In this document: piece after piece, positions 39,508 through 48,212 of the stretch
How the letters are laid out: each line of letters opens with the position of its first letter
Position numbering within the stretch: the stretch's first letter is position 1
Source of the DNA: an uncultured Gammaproteobacteria bacterium
GTDB taxonomy: Bacteria > Patescibacteriota > Microgenomatia > UBA8517
Direction of reading: 5' to 3'
Length of the DNA stretch: 64,000 nt
NCBI GenBank assembly: GCA_964583685.1
Contig: CAZOVJ010000001.1
Coordinates: forward strand, 132,033 to 196,032
Notes under the pieces: model-generated
The model's database searches: none
Told to the model about the DNA's origin: nothing
The model's input: only the letters and a program-made list of their open reading frames with translations
Made by a program: the position numbers and the translations under genes

Positions 39508-40002
39508 ATGCTAAAAAAGATAAAGGGCTTCAGTCTTTTGGAAGTATTAGTTGTCTTAAGTATTTTTGCTATCTTGGCGGTTGTCGCTACTCAATTTATT
39601 TTTTTAACTCTTAGGGCCTCGAGAAAATCTGATGTAAGTAGCCGGGTAAGAGAAAATGTAGATTTTGCTCTAGCCACTATGGAGCGTCAACTCCATAATG
39701 CAACAGAGATTTCACCTTGTCCCAATCCAGATTCATTGGTAATTAATTTTAAAGGCCAGACTGGAGTTGATACCTCTTTTTCTTGTTTGAATATGTCTGA
39801 AGATGGCTATGTAGCTTCTTCTTCTGCCCGACTTACAAGTGACAAAATTGTTATTACCTCCTGTTCTTTTGAGTGTGTTCCAGGGGAAGGAGGTGTGCCT
39901 GCATCAGTAACAATAAGCCTGGGTGCCCGGGATGCAACTGCTCAAAAAGCAGAACAGTCAAGGATTAGCATTTCAACTAAGGTGTTTTTGAGAACTTATT
40001 GA
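39508..40002 (+). CDS. Minor pilin (PilW/GspJ-like)
   Basis: G|FSLLEVL, LTS, C-terminal LRTY. Confidence 0.8.
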   Translation: MLKKIKGFSLLEVLVVLSIFAILAVVATQFIFLTLRASRKSDVSSRVRENVDFALATMERQLHNATEISPCPNPDSLVINFKGQTGVDTSFSCLNMSEDGYVASSSARLTSDKIVITSCSFECVPGEGGVPASVTISLGARDATAQKAEQSRISISTKVFLRTY

Positions 40003-40034
40003 CGCTGTTGAAAAGCGTTGTTAAACTGGATTAT

Positions 40035-40901
40035 ATGAAAAAACTGCCTCAGAGTTCTTCTCCCGGCCAAGTTTTATTAATAGTTCTTCTTACTATGGTT
40101 GTTGTTTTAACAATTGGCTTATCTATTCTTTCGGCTTCTATTACTGATATTGCCATTACTTCTCGAGAAGAGGAGGCGTTGAGGGCATTTTCTGCAGCCG
40201 AGGCGGGGATTGAGAAAGTTCTAATTGCTGGTTTCCCTTTAAGTGGTGAGTTTCAGGATGCTTCCTTTAATGCTCAGGTTACAAATATTGCGGAAGGTTC
40301 GAAAACCTTCATTTATCCCCAAAATGTTAGTGCTGGAGACACGGCCACAGTTTGGTTCGTTGCCCACGACACTGACGAATCCCTTATTTGTAGTGTGGAG
40401 TATCCCTGTTTCACTGGTAATCAGATGAGAATTTGTTGGGCCAAAGAGGGAACAGCCAGTGACCAAGCGACGACTCCTGCGATTGAAGTTTCCATTTGGT
40501 ATACGGAGACTGCTGGAGATTACTCAACCACGAAAATCGCCAGAGAAGCGATTGACCCGAATGTTACCAGGCGAGTAGTCAATTCCTTTTCTGCTCCAAC
40601 ACCCGGTGATTGCAGTATTGATGGGAACAATTTTGCTTTTCAGAAAATAATTGATTTTTCTTCTTTAAATGGCCTGCAATTTGCTCACATAAAATTTATT
40701 TACAATACTGATATTGCTCAATCTCTAGGAACGGACGTGAATTTTGACGATAACGAATTTCTTCCTTCACAGGGCAAGAGAATTGAATCAATTGGAACAG
40801 CTGGTGAGGCAGCCAGGAAAGTTGAAGTTTACAGGCTTTTTTCAGCTTTACCAGCCATTTTTGATTTCGGAGTTTTTACACCAATGGGAATAAGTAAATG
40901 A
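40035..40901 (+). CDS. Minor pilin (PilX-like)
   Basis: G|QVLLIVL (no E5), AFSAAEAGIE. Confidence 0.85.
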   Translation: MKKLPQSSSPGQVLLIVLLTMVVVLTIGLSILSASITDIAITSREEEALRAFSAAEAGIEKVLIAGFPLSGEFQDASFNAQVTNIAEGSKTFIYPQNVSAGDTATVWFVAHDTDESLICSVEYPCFTGNQMRICWAKEGTASDQATTPAIEVSIWYTETAGDYSTTKIAREAIDPNVTRRVVNSFSAPTPGDCSIDGNNFAFQKIIDFSSLNGLQFAHIKFIYNTDIAQSLGTDVNFDDNEFLPSQGKRIESIGTAGEAARKVEVYRLFSALPAIFDFGVFTPMGISK

Positions 40902-41914
40902 GTGTTGGTTTAGATATTGGTTCTAAAACAATCAAGATAGTTGAATTAGAGCGAGCCGCTAATAAATTTAGTCTCAAGGCGGCTGGCGTGGTTGGTTATA
41001 AAGGTAACACCCCAGAACACTTACAAGAGAAAAAGGGATACGCTTCTTTAAGCGAAGTGATTAAAAAGCTTTTCAAGGATACAAAGATTTCTTCCAAAAA
41101 TGTGGTTATTTCTTTGCCCGAAGCTCAAGTCTTTTCTCGAGTGATTAGTTTTCCCCTTTTGACTGACCGCGAGATTGTTTCCGCTGTTAAATGGGAAGCC
41201 GAACAGTACATCCCCATTCCCTTAAAAGAAGCCATTGTTCAACACAAAATTTTAGAAAGAAAGGAAAATACTACTCCTCCCTCTGTTTCCGTTCTTTTGG
41301 TTGCTGCCCCGAGAGTTTTGGTTGAGAAGTTTATTAAGGTGATTGGTATGGCTGGTTTAAATTGCCAGGCCGCTGAAACGGAACTGATGTCTTTGGTGCG
41401 TTCTTTAGCTCCTCCCCAAGAAACTGTTCTCCTCTTAGATTTTGGTGCCCGTTCCACAGGTTTGGCAATTGCTAAAAACGGACAATTGTCCTTTTCCCGT
41501 TCAATCCCAACTGCTGGAGAGGCCTTTACTCGAGCAGTTGCCCAATCTTTGGAAGTGAATCCAGAACGGGCAGAAGAGTATAAGCGTACTTATGGCTTAT
41601 CTGCTACACAGTTAGAAGGTAAGGTTGGGCATGCCCTTGACCCAGTTTTTAGGGTAGTGGCAGAGGAGATTAAGAAAGCAATTCATTTTTATCAATCAGA
41701 GGAGAAAGGAGGGGCTCCTACTTCTTTGGTTCTCTCAGGAGGTAGTTCGGGGATGCTTGAAGCCAGCGCTCGTTTAACAAAGCTTTTGGGAATAGAGGTG
41801 ATAGTAGGCAACCCTTTTTCCAAGATTAATATAGATGCTTCTATGGCAAAGAGTTTGGCAAATTTTGCTCCACTTTATGCCATCGCAATTGGCCTGGCGA
41901 TGAGAGGAGATTAA
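40898..41914 (+). CDS. pilM: Type IV pilus assembly protein PilM
   Basis: VGLDIGS, EAEQYIP, LDFGA, LSGGSS, NPF, IGLAMR. Confidence 0.95.
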   Translation: MSVGLDIGSKTIKIVELERAANKFSLKAAGVVGYKGNTPEHLQEKKGYASLSEVIKKLFKDTKISSKNVVISLPEAQVFSRVISFPLLTDREIVSAVKWEAEQYIPIPLKEAIVQHKILERKENTTPPSVSVLLVAAPRVLVEKFIKVIGMAGLNCQAAETELMSLVRSLAPPQETVLLLDFGARSTGLAIAKNGQLSFSRSIPTAGEAFTRAVAQSLEVNPERAEEYKRTYGLSATQLEGKVGHALDPVFRVVAEEIKKAIHFYQSEEKGGAPTSLVLSGGSSGMLEASARLTKLLGIEVIVGNPFSKINIDASMAKSLANFAPLYAIAIGLAMRGD

Positions 41915-41915
41915 T

Positions 41916-42443
41916 ATGCCGGAAAAAATCAACCTTCTGCCAATAGAACTTAGTGCTAAGGGCAATATAGCCAAGACGGCCACTCTTTTAAAAAAATTAG
42001 CTATAGCCGGGAGTTTACTCTTCTTAGTTTTAGGAGGACTTGCCGTAATTTACATTGTTTTTATTTCAATTCAAGTTAAATCCTTGGAGCAAAGTCAGAA
42101 GGGACTTAAGACCAATATTCAGAGGCTGGAACAAACAGAACAGGAATTCTTTTTGATTAAGGATAGGGTCCAAAAGGCCGATAGTATTCTTGCTCGTCAG
42201 GAGACAATAGAGGGCCTTGGGAAATTGAATGAGGTGATTTTAAATCTTCCCCCGGAAACTTTCTTGAGCGAAAGCGAGATAAGCGAAGATAAATCTAAGC
42301 TTACTTTTATGACTAAAAAATCTTCTAGTCTAGTTACTGTATTGGGTTTTTTAGCAACAGGAGATATTTATGAGAAACTTATTCTCAAAAATTTTAGCTA
42401 CAACCCGGTGAGCGGATTTTTAGTAAGAGTGGAAACCTTTTAA
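41916..42443 (+). CDS. pilN: PilN-like protein
   Basis: INLLP motif, TM, coiled coil; follows pilM. Confidence 0.75.
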   Translation: MPEKINLLPIELSAKGNIAKTATLLKKLAIAGSLLFLVLGGLAVIYIVFISIQVKSLEQSQKGLKTNIQRLEQTEQEFFLIKDRVQKADSILARQETIEGLGKLNEVILNLPPETFLSESEISEDKSKLTFMTKKSSSLVTVLGFLATGDIYEKLILKNFSYNPVSGFLVRVETF

Positions 42444-42444
42444 T

Positions 42445-43125
42445 ATGAAATGGAATAAATCATCTTTGAAAATTTTAATGATACCTCTTCTTTCTTGTCT
42501 AGGTCTTCTCTTACTATCTTTTTTTGGAGGTAAATTGCTTGTCAAGCGGGTTCAGACATTAAGTAATAAATTATCTACTTCCAAAAAGAATGAAAGAGTT
42601 TTAGGACAGAATTTAATATTACTTCAAGAATTTAGCGGTCAGGCGTTATTTCTTTCTGGCAGTGCGGCTATTGCCCTACCGGCAAAGAATTCGGCTCTTT
42701 TGACCATCTCTCAGTTTAAAAAAGAAGCGAATAGTCAAGATGTGATATTAGATAATCTTAAGGTCAGCTCAGAAGTTAAAGACAAGCCGAAAACGATATC
42801 ACGTGTTGATATCAAGTTTGATGTTGAAGGTACCCTTAATTCCTTGATAAACTTTCTGATGGCCGTTAAGCAAGGTGCTCCATTAACTAGGATAAAGAAG
42901 ATTCACCTGAGTTATTATGGAGAAAAAGCCCGTGCTTCGGTTGGACTTTCTTCTTTTTGGTCTAGCTACCCCACAATGTTGCCAACCTTAAGTCAACCTT
43001 TAGTTGAATTGTCAACCAGAGAAAGAGAGGTTTTATCCATTCTTTCAAGTTTAAACCCTCCCCTTTTTCGGGAAGTTACTCCTTCCCCTCCTTCTGTTCG
43101 CTCCAACCCCTTTTCTTTTCAATAA
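42445..43125 (+). CDS. PilO-like protein
   Basis: TM, coiled coil, VEG...FL, C-terminal NPF; follows pilN. Confidence 0.65.
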   Translation: MKWNKSSLKILMIPLLSCLGLLLLSFFGGKLLVKRVQTLSNKLSTSKKNERVLGQNLILLQEFSGQALFLSGSAAIALPAKNSALLTISQFKKEANSQDVILDNLKVSSEVKDKPKTISRVDIKFDVEGTLNSLINFLMAVKQGAPLTRIKKIHLSYYGEKARASVGLSSFWSSYPTMLPTLSQPLVELSTREREVLSILSSLNPPLFREVTPSPPSVRSNPFSFQ

Positions 43126-43132
43126 CTTGTAG

Positions 43133-43363
43133 CTATTTCTCGTTAACCGAGATGTTCACGGATTTATTTTCTAAAACAGCCCGTACGCTAATAATTTTTC
43201 TGATGTTTTTAATTGTTCTTCCTTGTTTGCCGATTATCAAGCCGATAATTTTAGGGTTTGCTTTAACCTCAAAGGTTATTATTCTTCCTTCGATTTTTTT
43301 ACTTATTTCAAAATCATCACTACCGGTGATGTTTTCAATTAAAAATTGTAGTAATTTTTTCAT
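43133..43363 (-). CDS. khpA: KH-domain RNA-binding protein
   Basis: GLIIGKQGRTI; downstream of rpsP. Confidence 0.9.
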   Translation of the reverse strand: MKKLLQFLIENITGSDDFEISKKIEGRIITFEVKANPKIIGLIIGKQGRTIKNIRKIISVRAVLENKSVNISVNEK

Positions 43364-43578
43364 TGCATCAATTCCCTGACTGCTTTAGTCGGTTGGGCAC
43401 CGAGAGCAATCCATCTCTCTATTTCTTTTTTATTAATTTTCTTAATTTTTTTAGTCGGATACCAATAGCCTACTCTGGCCAGAGATTTTCCCTTATTTTT
43501 TCGTTTTGCCTCAATGACCACAATTCGGTAAAAGGGATTATTTTTTCTACCAAATCTAGCCAGTCTGATTTTGAGCAT
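43360..43578 (-). CDS. rpsP: 30S ribosomal protein S16
   Basis: MLKIRLARFG...PFYRIVV...GAQPT. Confidence 0.97.
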   Translation of the reverse strand: MLKIRLARFGRKNNPFYRIVVIEAKRKNKGKSLARVGYWYPTKKIKKINKKEIERWIALGAQPTKAVRELMQ

Positions 43579-43587
43579 GAAAGTAGT

Positions 43588-44265
43588 TTATCTTTCTTGA
43601 GATATTTTTACAAGAGCGGCTGCGGCCGCTTTCTTCTCCGCATCACTTTTATTTTTACCGCTTTCCTTACCCAGGATTTGATTATGGACCCATACTTCGA
43701 CAACAAATTTTTTTAGATGGTCCGGGCCAGTCTGGCTGACTACCTTATAATTTGGGGCTGGGAGGCCTTTTGCCTGGACTTCTTCTTGTAATCTACTTTT
43801 TGGGTCCTTAAGCGGTTTAGCTAGTTTTTCAGATAAATCTGAGAGAAGATTATCACAGATGAATTTAAGGGTTTTTTTTGCTCCCTGGTCAAGATAGAGG
43901 GCACCGATTATTGCCTCAACGGTATCGGCTAAAATAGATGGATTTTTTCTTCCTTCCTCTTCTTCCTCACCCTTTGAAAGAAAAAGTGCCTGGCCTAAAT
44001 TCTTTTTTTTGGCAAATGCTGACAGATTAACTGTATTAACCAGATTAGCCCGAAGAGCTGTTAGATAGCCCTCATCTTTATTGGGAAACCTTTTGAAGAG
44101 TTCGTAAGAGACCATTAGTTCCAAAACAGCATCGCCGAGAAATTCTAATCTTTCGTTAGATTGCCTGATACCCTGATGTTCGTTCACCCAAGATTTATGG
44201 GTTAGAGCCTGGTCAAGGAGGCCTTTGTTTTTGAAATTTTTCCTTAATTGGTTAATGATTGTCAT
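43588..44265 (-). CDS. rnc: Ribonuclease III
   Basis: [18 protein letters not shown], ds[11 protein letters not shown]. Confidence 0.97.
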   Translation of the reverse strand: MTIINQLRKNFKNKGLLDQALTHKSWVNEHQGIRQSNERLEFLGDAVLELMVSYELFKRFPNKDEGYLTALRANLVNTVNLSAFAKKKNLGQALFLSKGEEEEEGRKNPSILADTVEAIIGALYLDQGAKKTLKFICDNLLSDLSEKLAKPLKDPKSRLQEEVQAKGLPAPNYKVVSQTGPDHLKKFVVEVWVHNQILGKESGKNKSDAEKKAAAAALVKISQER

Positions 44266-44630
44266 TTTTTTCTGTTTCTAGTTGGCAATTTTTTAAGTAT
44301 AGTTCCTAAAACTCCATTGATAAAAGAAGCAGAATTTTCGCTACCGAATTCTTTTGCCAATTCTACTGCTTCATCAATAATTACCTTAGAGGGTACGAGA
44401 TTTTCTTTTAGTTCATATACAGCCAACCTGAGAATGGACAAATCAACCTTGTTTAGTTTGTCAATCGGCCAAGTTGGAGCTGCCTTTTGAATTTCTGGGT
44501 CAATGATTTTTCTTTTTTTTGTAATCTTGCGGACTAAAGGTGATACTTCTTGGTCGATAAAGGTGATTGCGAAGAGCTGTTTAACTAGTTTCTGTCTTTT
44601 CTTGTGTCTGGGATCATGGGCGGACTTCAT
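44262..44630 (-). CDS. nusB: Transcription antitermination factor NusB
   Basis: [29 protein letters not shown]; ATG 44630. Confidence 0.95.
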   Translation of the reverse strand: MKSAHDPRHKKRQKLVKQLFAITFIDQEVSPLVRKITKKRKIIDPEIQKAAPTWPIDKLNKVDLSILRLAVYELKENLVPSKVIIDEAVELAKEFGSENSASFINGVLGTILKKLPTRNRKK

Positions 44631-44631
44631 C

Positions 44632-44805
44632 TTATTTAACTGGATCTTTTTTAATCCGGTAATTTCCACAGTGAGGACAAACGGTGTGGGGAAATTTTAA
44701 TTCTCCACAAGAAGGACACTTCACTAATCTCGGCAAAGATGTTTTTTTGCTCTTTCTTCTCTTATTGCTTCTGGATCGAGTTTGTTTTTTCTTGGGAACG
44801 CCCAT
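44632..44805 (-). CDS. rpmF: 50S ribosomal protein L32 (not in ORF track)
   Basis: [17 protein letters not shown]...CPSCG...[11 protein letters not shown], 57 aa. Confidence 0.95.
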   Translation of the reverse strand: MGVPKKKQTRSRSNKRRKSKKTSLPRLVKCPSCGELKFPHTVCPHCGNYRIKKDPVK

Positions 44806-44851
44806 ACATTCATTATTTTATCTCGAAATTTCCTCTAAGGCAAATCTGCGT

Positions 44852-46876
44852 CTAGTTGGCGACGACATGTTTTCTTTCAAACTTTTTCAAAAGTAATCTA
44901 TATTTTTCCGGGTTTTTAATCGCTTTTTCTGCAATTTCCTTACTCTTTTTAAGCAAATCAAAATCTTGCCAAGAGGCGGTTTTTAATTCTGGAAAACCGT
45001 GTTGTCTTGTACCAAATACTTCCCCGGGTCCTCTCAGTTTTAAATCGAGCTCAGCCAGTTCAAAGCCGGATATGGATTTTTTTAATGCATTTAGTCTACT
45101 TTGTACTTTTCGCGATTTACTTTCAGTAAAGAAAAGGCAATAGGATTTTTTAAATCCCCTACCTACCCTGCCCCTTAATTGATGTAATTGAGCAAGCCCG
45201 AAACGCTCAGCTGCCTCGACAACCATTATGGTTGCATTTGGCACGTCAATACCTACCTCTACCACAGGGGTTGAAACAAGAAGGTCAATCTTCCCTTTTT
45301 TGAATTTGTCGAGTTCTTTGTTTTTGATTTGTGGTTTTTGTCTTCCGTGGAGTAACCCGATATTTAGGTCTGGGAAAACCTTAATAAGTCGCTCATATTC
45401 ACTGGTTGCCGCTTTTACCTGTTGCATGGTTTCTTTTTTACTTTCCTCAATTAAGGGACAGATTACAAAAACTTGCATCTTATCCTTTTTAATTTGTTTT
45501 TCAATCCAATTGTAGGCTTTATCATGTTTTTGGGGAGGTACGACCCAAGTAGTTATTGGTTTTCTACCCTTTGGTAATTCATCTAAAGTTGATAAGTCCA
45601 AATCTCCATAAAAAGTTAGAGCGACGGTTCTGGGAATTGGTGTTGCTGTCATGGTAAAGACATGGGGCGCGGATTTCTTTAGGCCGGCTTTTTTGATTAA
45701 AGAGCCTCTTTGTTTAACCCCAAACCTTTGTTGTTCATCGATGACCACGACTGCAACCTTATCAAAACTTACCTTTTTATAAATGAGAGCATGGGTACCC
45801 ACAAAAATATCATTTCTTCCCAGATCAGCCTTAGTTCCTAAAGAGGTTACCAGACAAATACGCACTTTAAAAGATTGAAGTAGTTGATTTAGTGTATTGA
45901 AGTGCTGCTCGGCCAAAATTTGAGTAGGTGCCATCAATACTGTTTGATATCCATTTAGAAAAGATATAAAGGCGGCAAGCGTAGCCACTACCGTTTTCCC
46001 TGAGCCGACATCTCCTTCTAGAAGTCTATTCATGGGAACTTGTTTTTTGAGATCTTTGAGTAGTTCTTGGCAAGACCTTTTCTGGGAAGATGTTAATTCA
46101 AAGGGGAGACTTTTGGCAAACTTAGCCACATCTTTTTTATCAAAACTAAGCCTGTGAATTGGCTCGTTTTTTTGCCACTCAAGCTTTCTGTGGACATTAG
46201 CCAGCTGCAAGAATAAAAGTTCATCAAAGGCAAGTCTCTTTTTGCCGAGTTTTGCCACTCCGTGGTTTTTCGGGAAATGGACTGCTTTAATTGAGGGAAC
46301 AAGCTCAGGTAGAGATAGGTTTTTTAAGACAGAAGTCGGTAGGAATTCATTAATTGATTCCTTAGTTTGCCAAAAAGCATTGTTTATTCTTGCTCTCAAC
46401 CATTTGGATGAAATGCCCGCTGTTTCTGGATAGATGGCAATAAGATGCCCGGTATGAACAGTCCTTTTGCCTGGTAAAAGTTTCTCATACTCGGGCGAAA
46501 TTAGCGCTTTTTTGCCATTCCACCAATCAATCTTACCTGCCAGAGAAACTTGAGAACCAGGGGTGAGTGTTCTTATCAGATAGGGTTGATTGAACCAAAC
46601 AACATTAATTTGTCCGCTCGCGTCAGAAATCTGGGCTAATTGAATTTTTTTAGCCTTTTTTGTGTAGAGGTTTTTAACGGAGACAATTTGGCCTTTTATG
46701 GTAATGGTTTCGCCTAGTTGCACCTTGCCAATTTCTGACATCAATCTAAAGTCTAGATAACGGCTTGGTACATGAAGGAGTAAATCCTCTACGGTCTGTA
46801 TATCAAGTTTTTTGAGCCTTTTAACATAAATCGGTCCGACAAAAGGAAGTTTACTGACATAAGACCTTGGGTTCAT
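44852..46876 (-). CDS. recG: ATP-dependent DNA helicase RecG
   Basis: GDVGSGKT, DEQQRFG, TATPIPRT, QLRGRVGR, RGPG. Confidence 0.97.
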   Translation of the reverse strand: MNPRSYVSKLPFVGPIYVKRLKKLDIQTVEDLLLHVPSRYLDFRLMSEIGKVQLGETITIKGQIVSVKNLYTKKAKKIQLAQISDASGQINVVWFNQPYLIRTLTPGSQVSLAGKIDWWNGKKALISPEYEKLLPGKRTVHTGHLIAIYPETAGISSKWLRARINNAFWQTKESINEFLPTSVLKNLSLPELVPSIKAVHFPKNHGVAKLGKKRLAFDELLFLQLANVHRKLEWQKNEPIHRLSFDKKDVAKFAKSLPFELTSSQKRSCQELLKDLKKQVPMNRLLEGDVGSGKTVVATLAAFISFLNGYQTVLMAPTQILAEQHFNTLNQLLQSFKVRICLVTSLGTKADLGRNDIFVGTHALIYKKVSFDKVAVVVIDEQQRFGVKQRGSLIKKAGLKKSAPHVFTMTATPIPRTVALTFYGDLDLSTLDELPKGRKPITTWVVPPQKHDKAYNWIEKQIKKDKMQVFVICPLIEESKKETMQQVKAATSEYERLIKVFPDLNIGLLHGRQKPQIKNKELDKFKKGKIDLLVSTPVVEVGIDVPNATIMVVEAAERFGLAQLHQLRGRVGRGFKKSYCLFFTESKSRKVQSRLNALKKSISGFELAELDLKLRGPGEVFGTRQHGFPELKTASWQDFDLLKKSKEIAEKAIKNPEKYRLLLKKFERKHVVAN

Positions 46877-46989
46877 AAGCCGCCCAGGATGTAAGGGATG
46901 AAAGGCAAGAAGGTTGTTAGAAGAAGGGCGATACCAGCAATAATAATGACAATTGTAAAAATCCTTCGTTGTTTTTTGTTTAAAATCAT
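46873..46989 (-). CDS. 38-aa single-pass membrane microprotein (not in ORF track)
   Basis: MILNKKQRRIFTIVIIIAGIALLLTTFLPFIPYILGGL; ATGA overlaps with both tyrS and recG. Confidence 0.75.
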   Translation of the reverse strand: MILNKKQRRIFTIVIIIAGIALLLTTFLPFIPYILGGL

Positions 46990-48146
46990 TTTTTGCCTCT
47001 TCTCGATGAAACTTGGATAAAGACTCTCTTGCCTATTTTGATGTTTTCTCCACCCTTTATTTTGTAGGCTGGGTTATAAATTGTTTTTTCATTTACATCC
47101 ACCGCTCCCTGTTCAATTAATCTTTTGGCCTGAGATTTACTCCCCACTGTCTCTAGTCCGGCAATTGTCTGGACTAGGCTGGGTTGGTAGCCTATTTTAA
47201 TTTTATATTCGGGAACCCTTTTTTGAAAAGTTTTTTCAAAATGGGCTTTTGCCGCTAAGGCCTTTTCTTTTGCCTGGATTTGTCGGACAACTTCGAATGC
47301 CAACCTCTTTTTAGCTGCAAGTGGTTTAAGAGATTTAGAAAGGTTTAATTCCAGGTTGGTTAGTAGTTCAATTCCAGGATCAATCAGGCTGTCTGGGAAG
47401 GCCATGATTTTACCAAAGATATCAATTGCCGAATCATTTAAATTAATGGCATTTTCTTCAGTTTTACCCATCTTTTTACCAGTTGGGTCCTCTAGGAGTT
47501 TCATGGCCAAGACATATTTCTCTTTTTTCTTCAATAGTTTCATCAGGATTCTTCCACTAAGCATGTTGAAAAGTTGATCATTGCCACCAATTTCAAGGTC
47601 TACTCCCATGACGACTGAATCATAAGCTTGCATTAAAGGATAGAGGAACTCGTGTAAATAGATTGGTTTTTCATTTTTAATTCTTTGTTGAAAGAAATCC
47701 CGCTCAAGCATCTGTTGAACAGTGGACTTTGCCGAGAGCTCGAGAACATCTTCAAAGCTTAGTTTAGAGAGCCATTGAGAATTAAAGAGGACTTCAGCCG
47801 GATTATCGCCATCAAATTTCAGTACCTTTTCAGCTTGAGATTGGTAATTTTTTGCATTTTTCAAAACCTGGCTTTTAGTCAATCTTTTGCGGGTGACCGT
47901 CTTGTCGCTTGGGTCGCCAATCATCCCGGTAAAATCTCCGATTAGGAAAATTACCTTATGGCCCAGTCCTTGAAATTCAGCTAACTTGCGCAGTCCAATC
48001 CAGTGGCCAAGATGTAAATTAGGGCTTGTAGGGTCGAAACCTTGGTAAAGGGTAATCTTTTTTTGGGATATCAAGTCAGCTAGTTTCTTTTTAGAGGGCA
48101 GAATATTTGCCACCCCCCTGGTCAAAACCCCATTGATCTTGTTCAT
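46986..48146 (-). CDS. tyrS: Tyrosine--tRNA ligase
   Basis: GFDPT..LHLGH, YPLMQAYD, GGNDQ, KMGKT, S4 domain. Confidence 0.97.
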   Translation of the reverse strand: MNKINGVLTRGVANILPSKKKLADLISQKKITLYQGFDPTSPNLHLGHWIGLRKLAEFQGLGHKVIFLIGDFTGMIGDPSDKTVTRKRLTKSQVLKNAKNYQSQAEKVLKFDGDNPAEVLFNSQWLSKLSFEDVLELSAKSTVQQMLERDFFQQRIKNEKPIYLHEFLYPLMQAYDSVVMGVDLEIGGNDQLFNMLSGRILMKLLKKKEKYVLAMKLLEDPTGKKMGKTEENAINLNDSAIDIFGKIMAFPDSLIDPGIELLTNLELNLSKSLKPLAAKKRLAFEVVRQIQAKEKALAAKAHFEKTFQKRVPEYKIKIGYQPSLVQTIAGLETVGSKSQAKRLIEQGAVDVNEKTIYNPAYKIKGGENIKIGKRVFIQVSSRRGKK

Positions 48147-48212
48147 GCTTTTATTCTAGCGCAATTAACAGTGAAATAATATACTTGAATTGGTAAAATA
48201 AATTAATAAGTT

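Noticed and set aside
33801-40901. Diversity-generating retroelement or shufflon acting on pilins
   Set aside because: No reverse transcriptase, TR/VR pair, invertase or inverted cassettes seen; all pilins are co-oriented with their own N-termini
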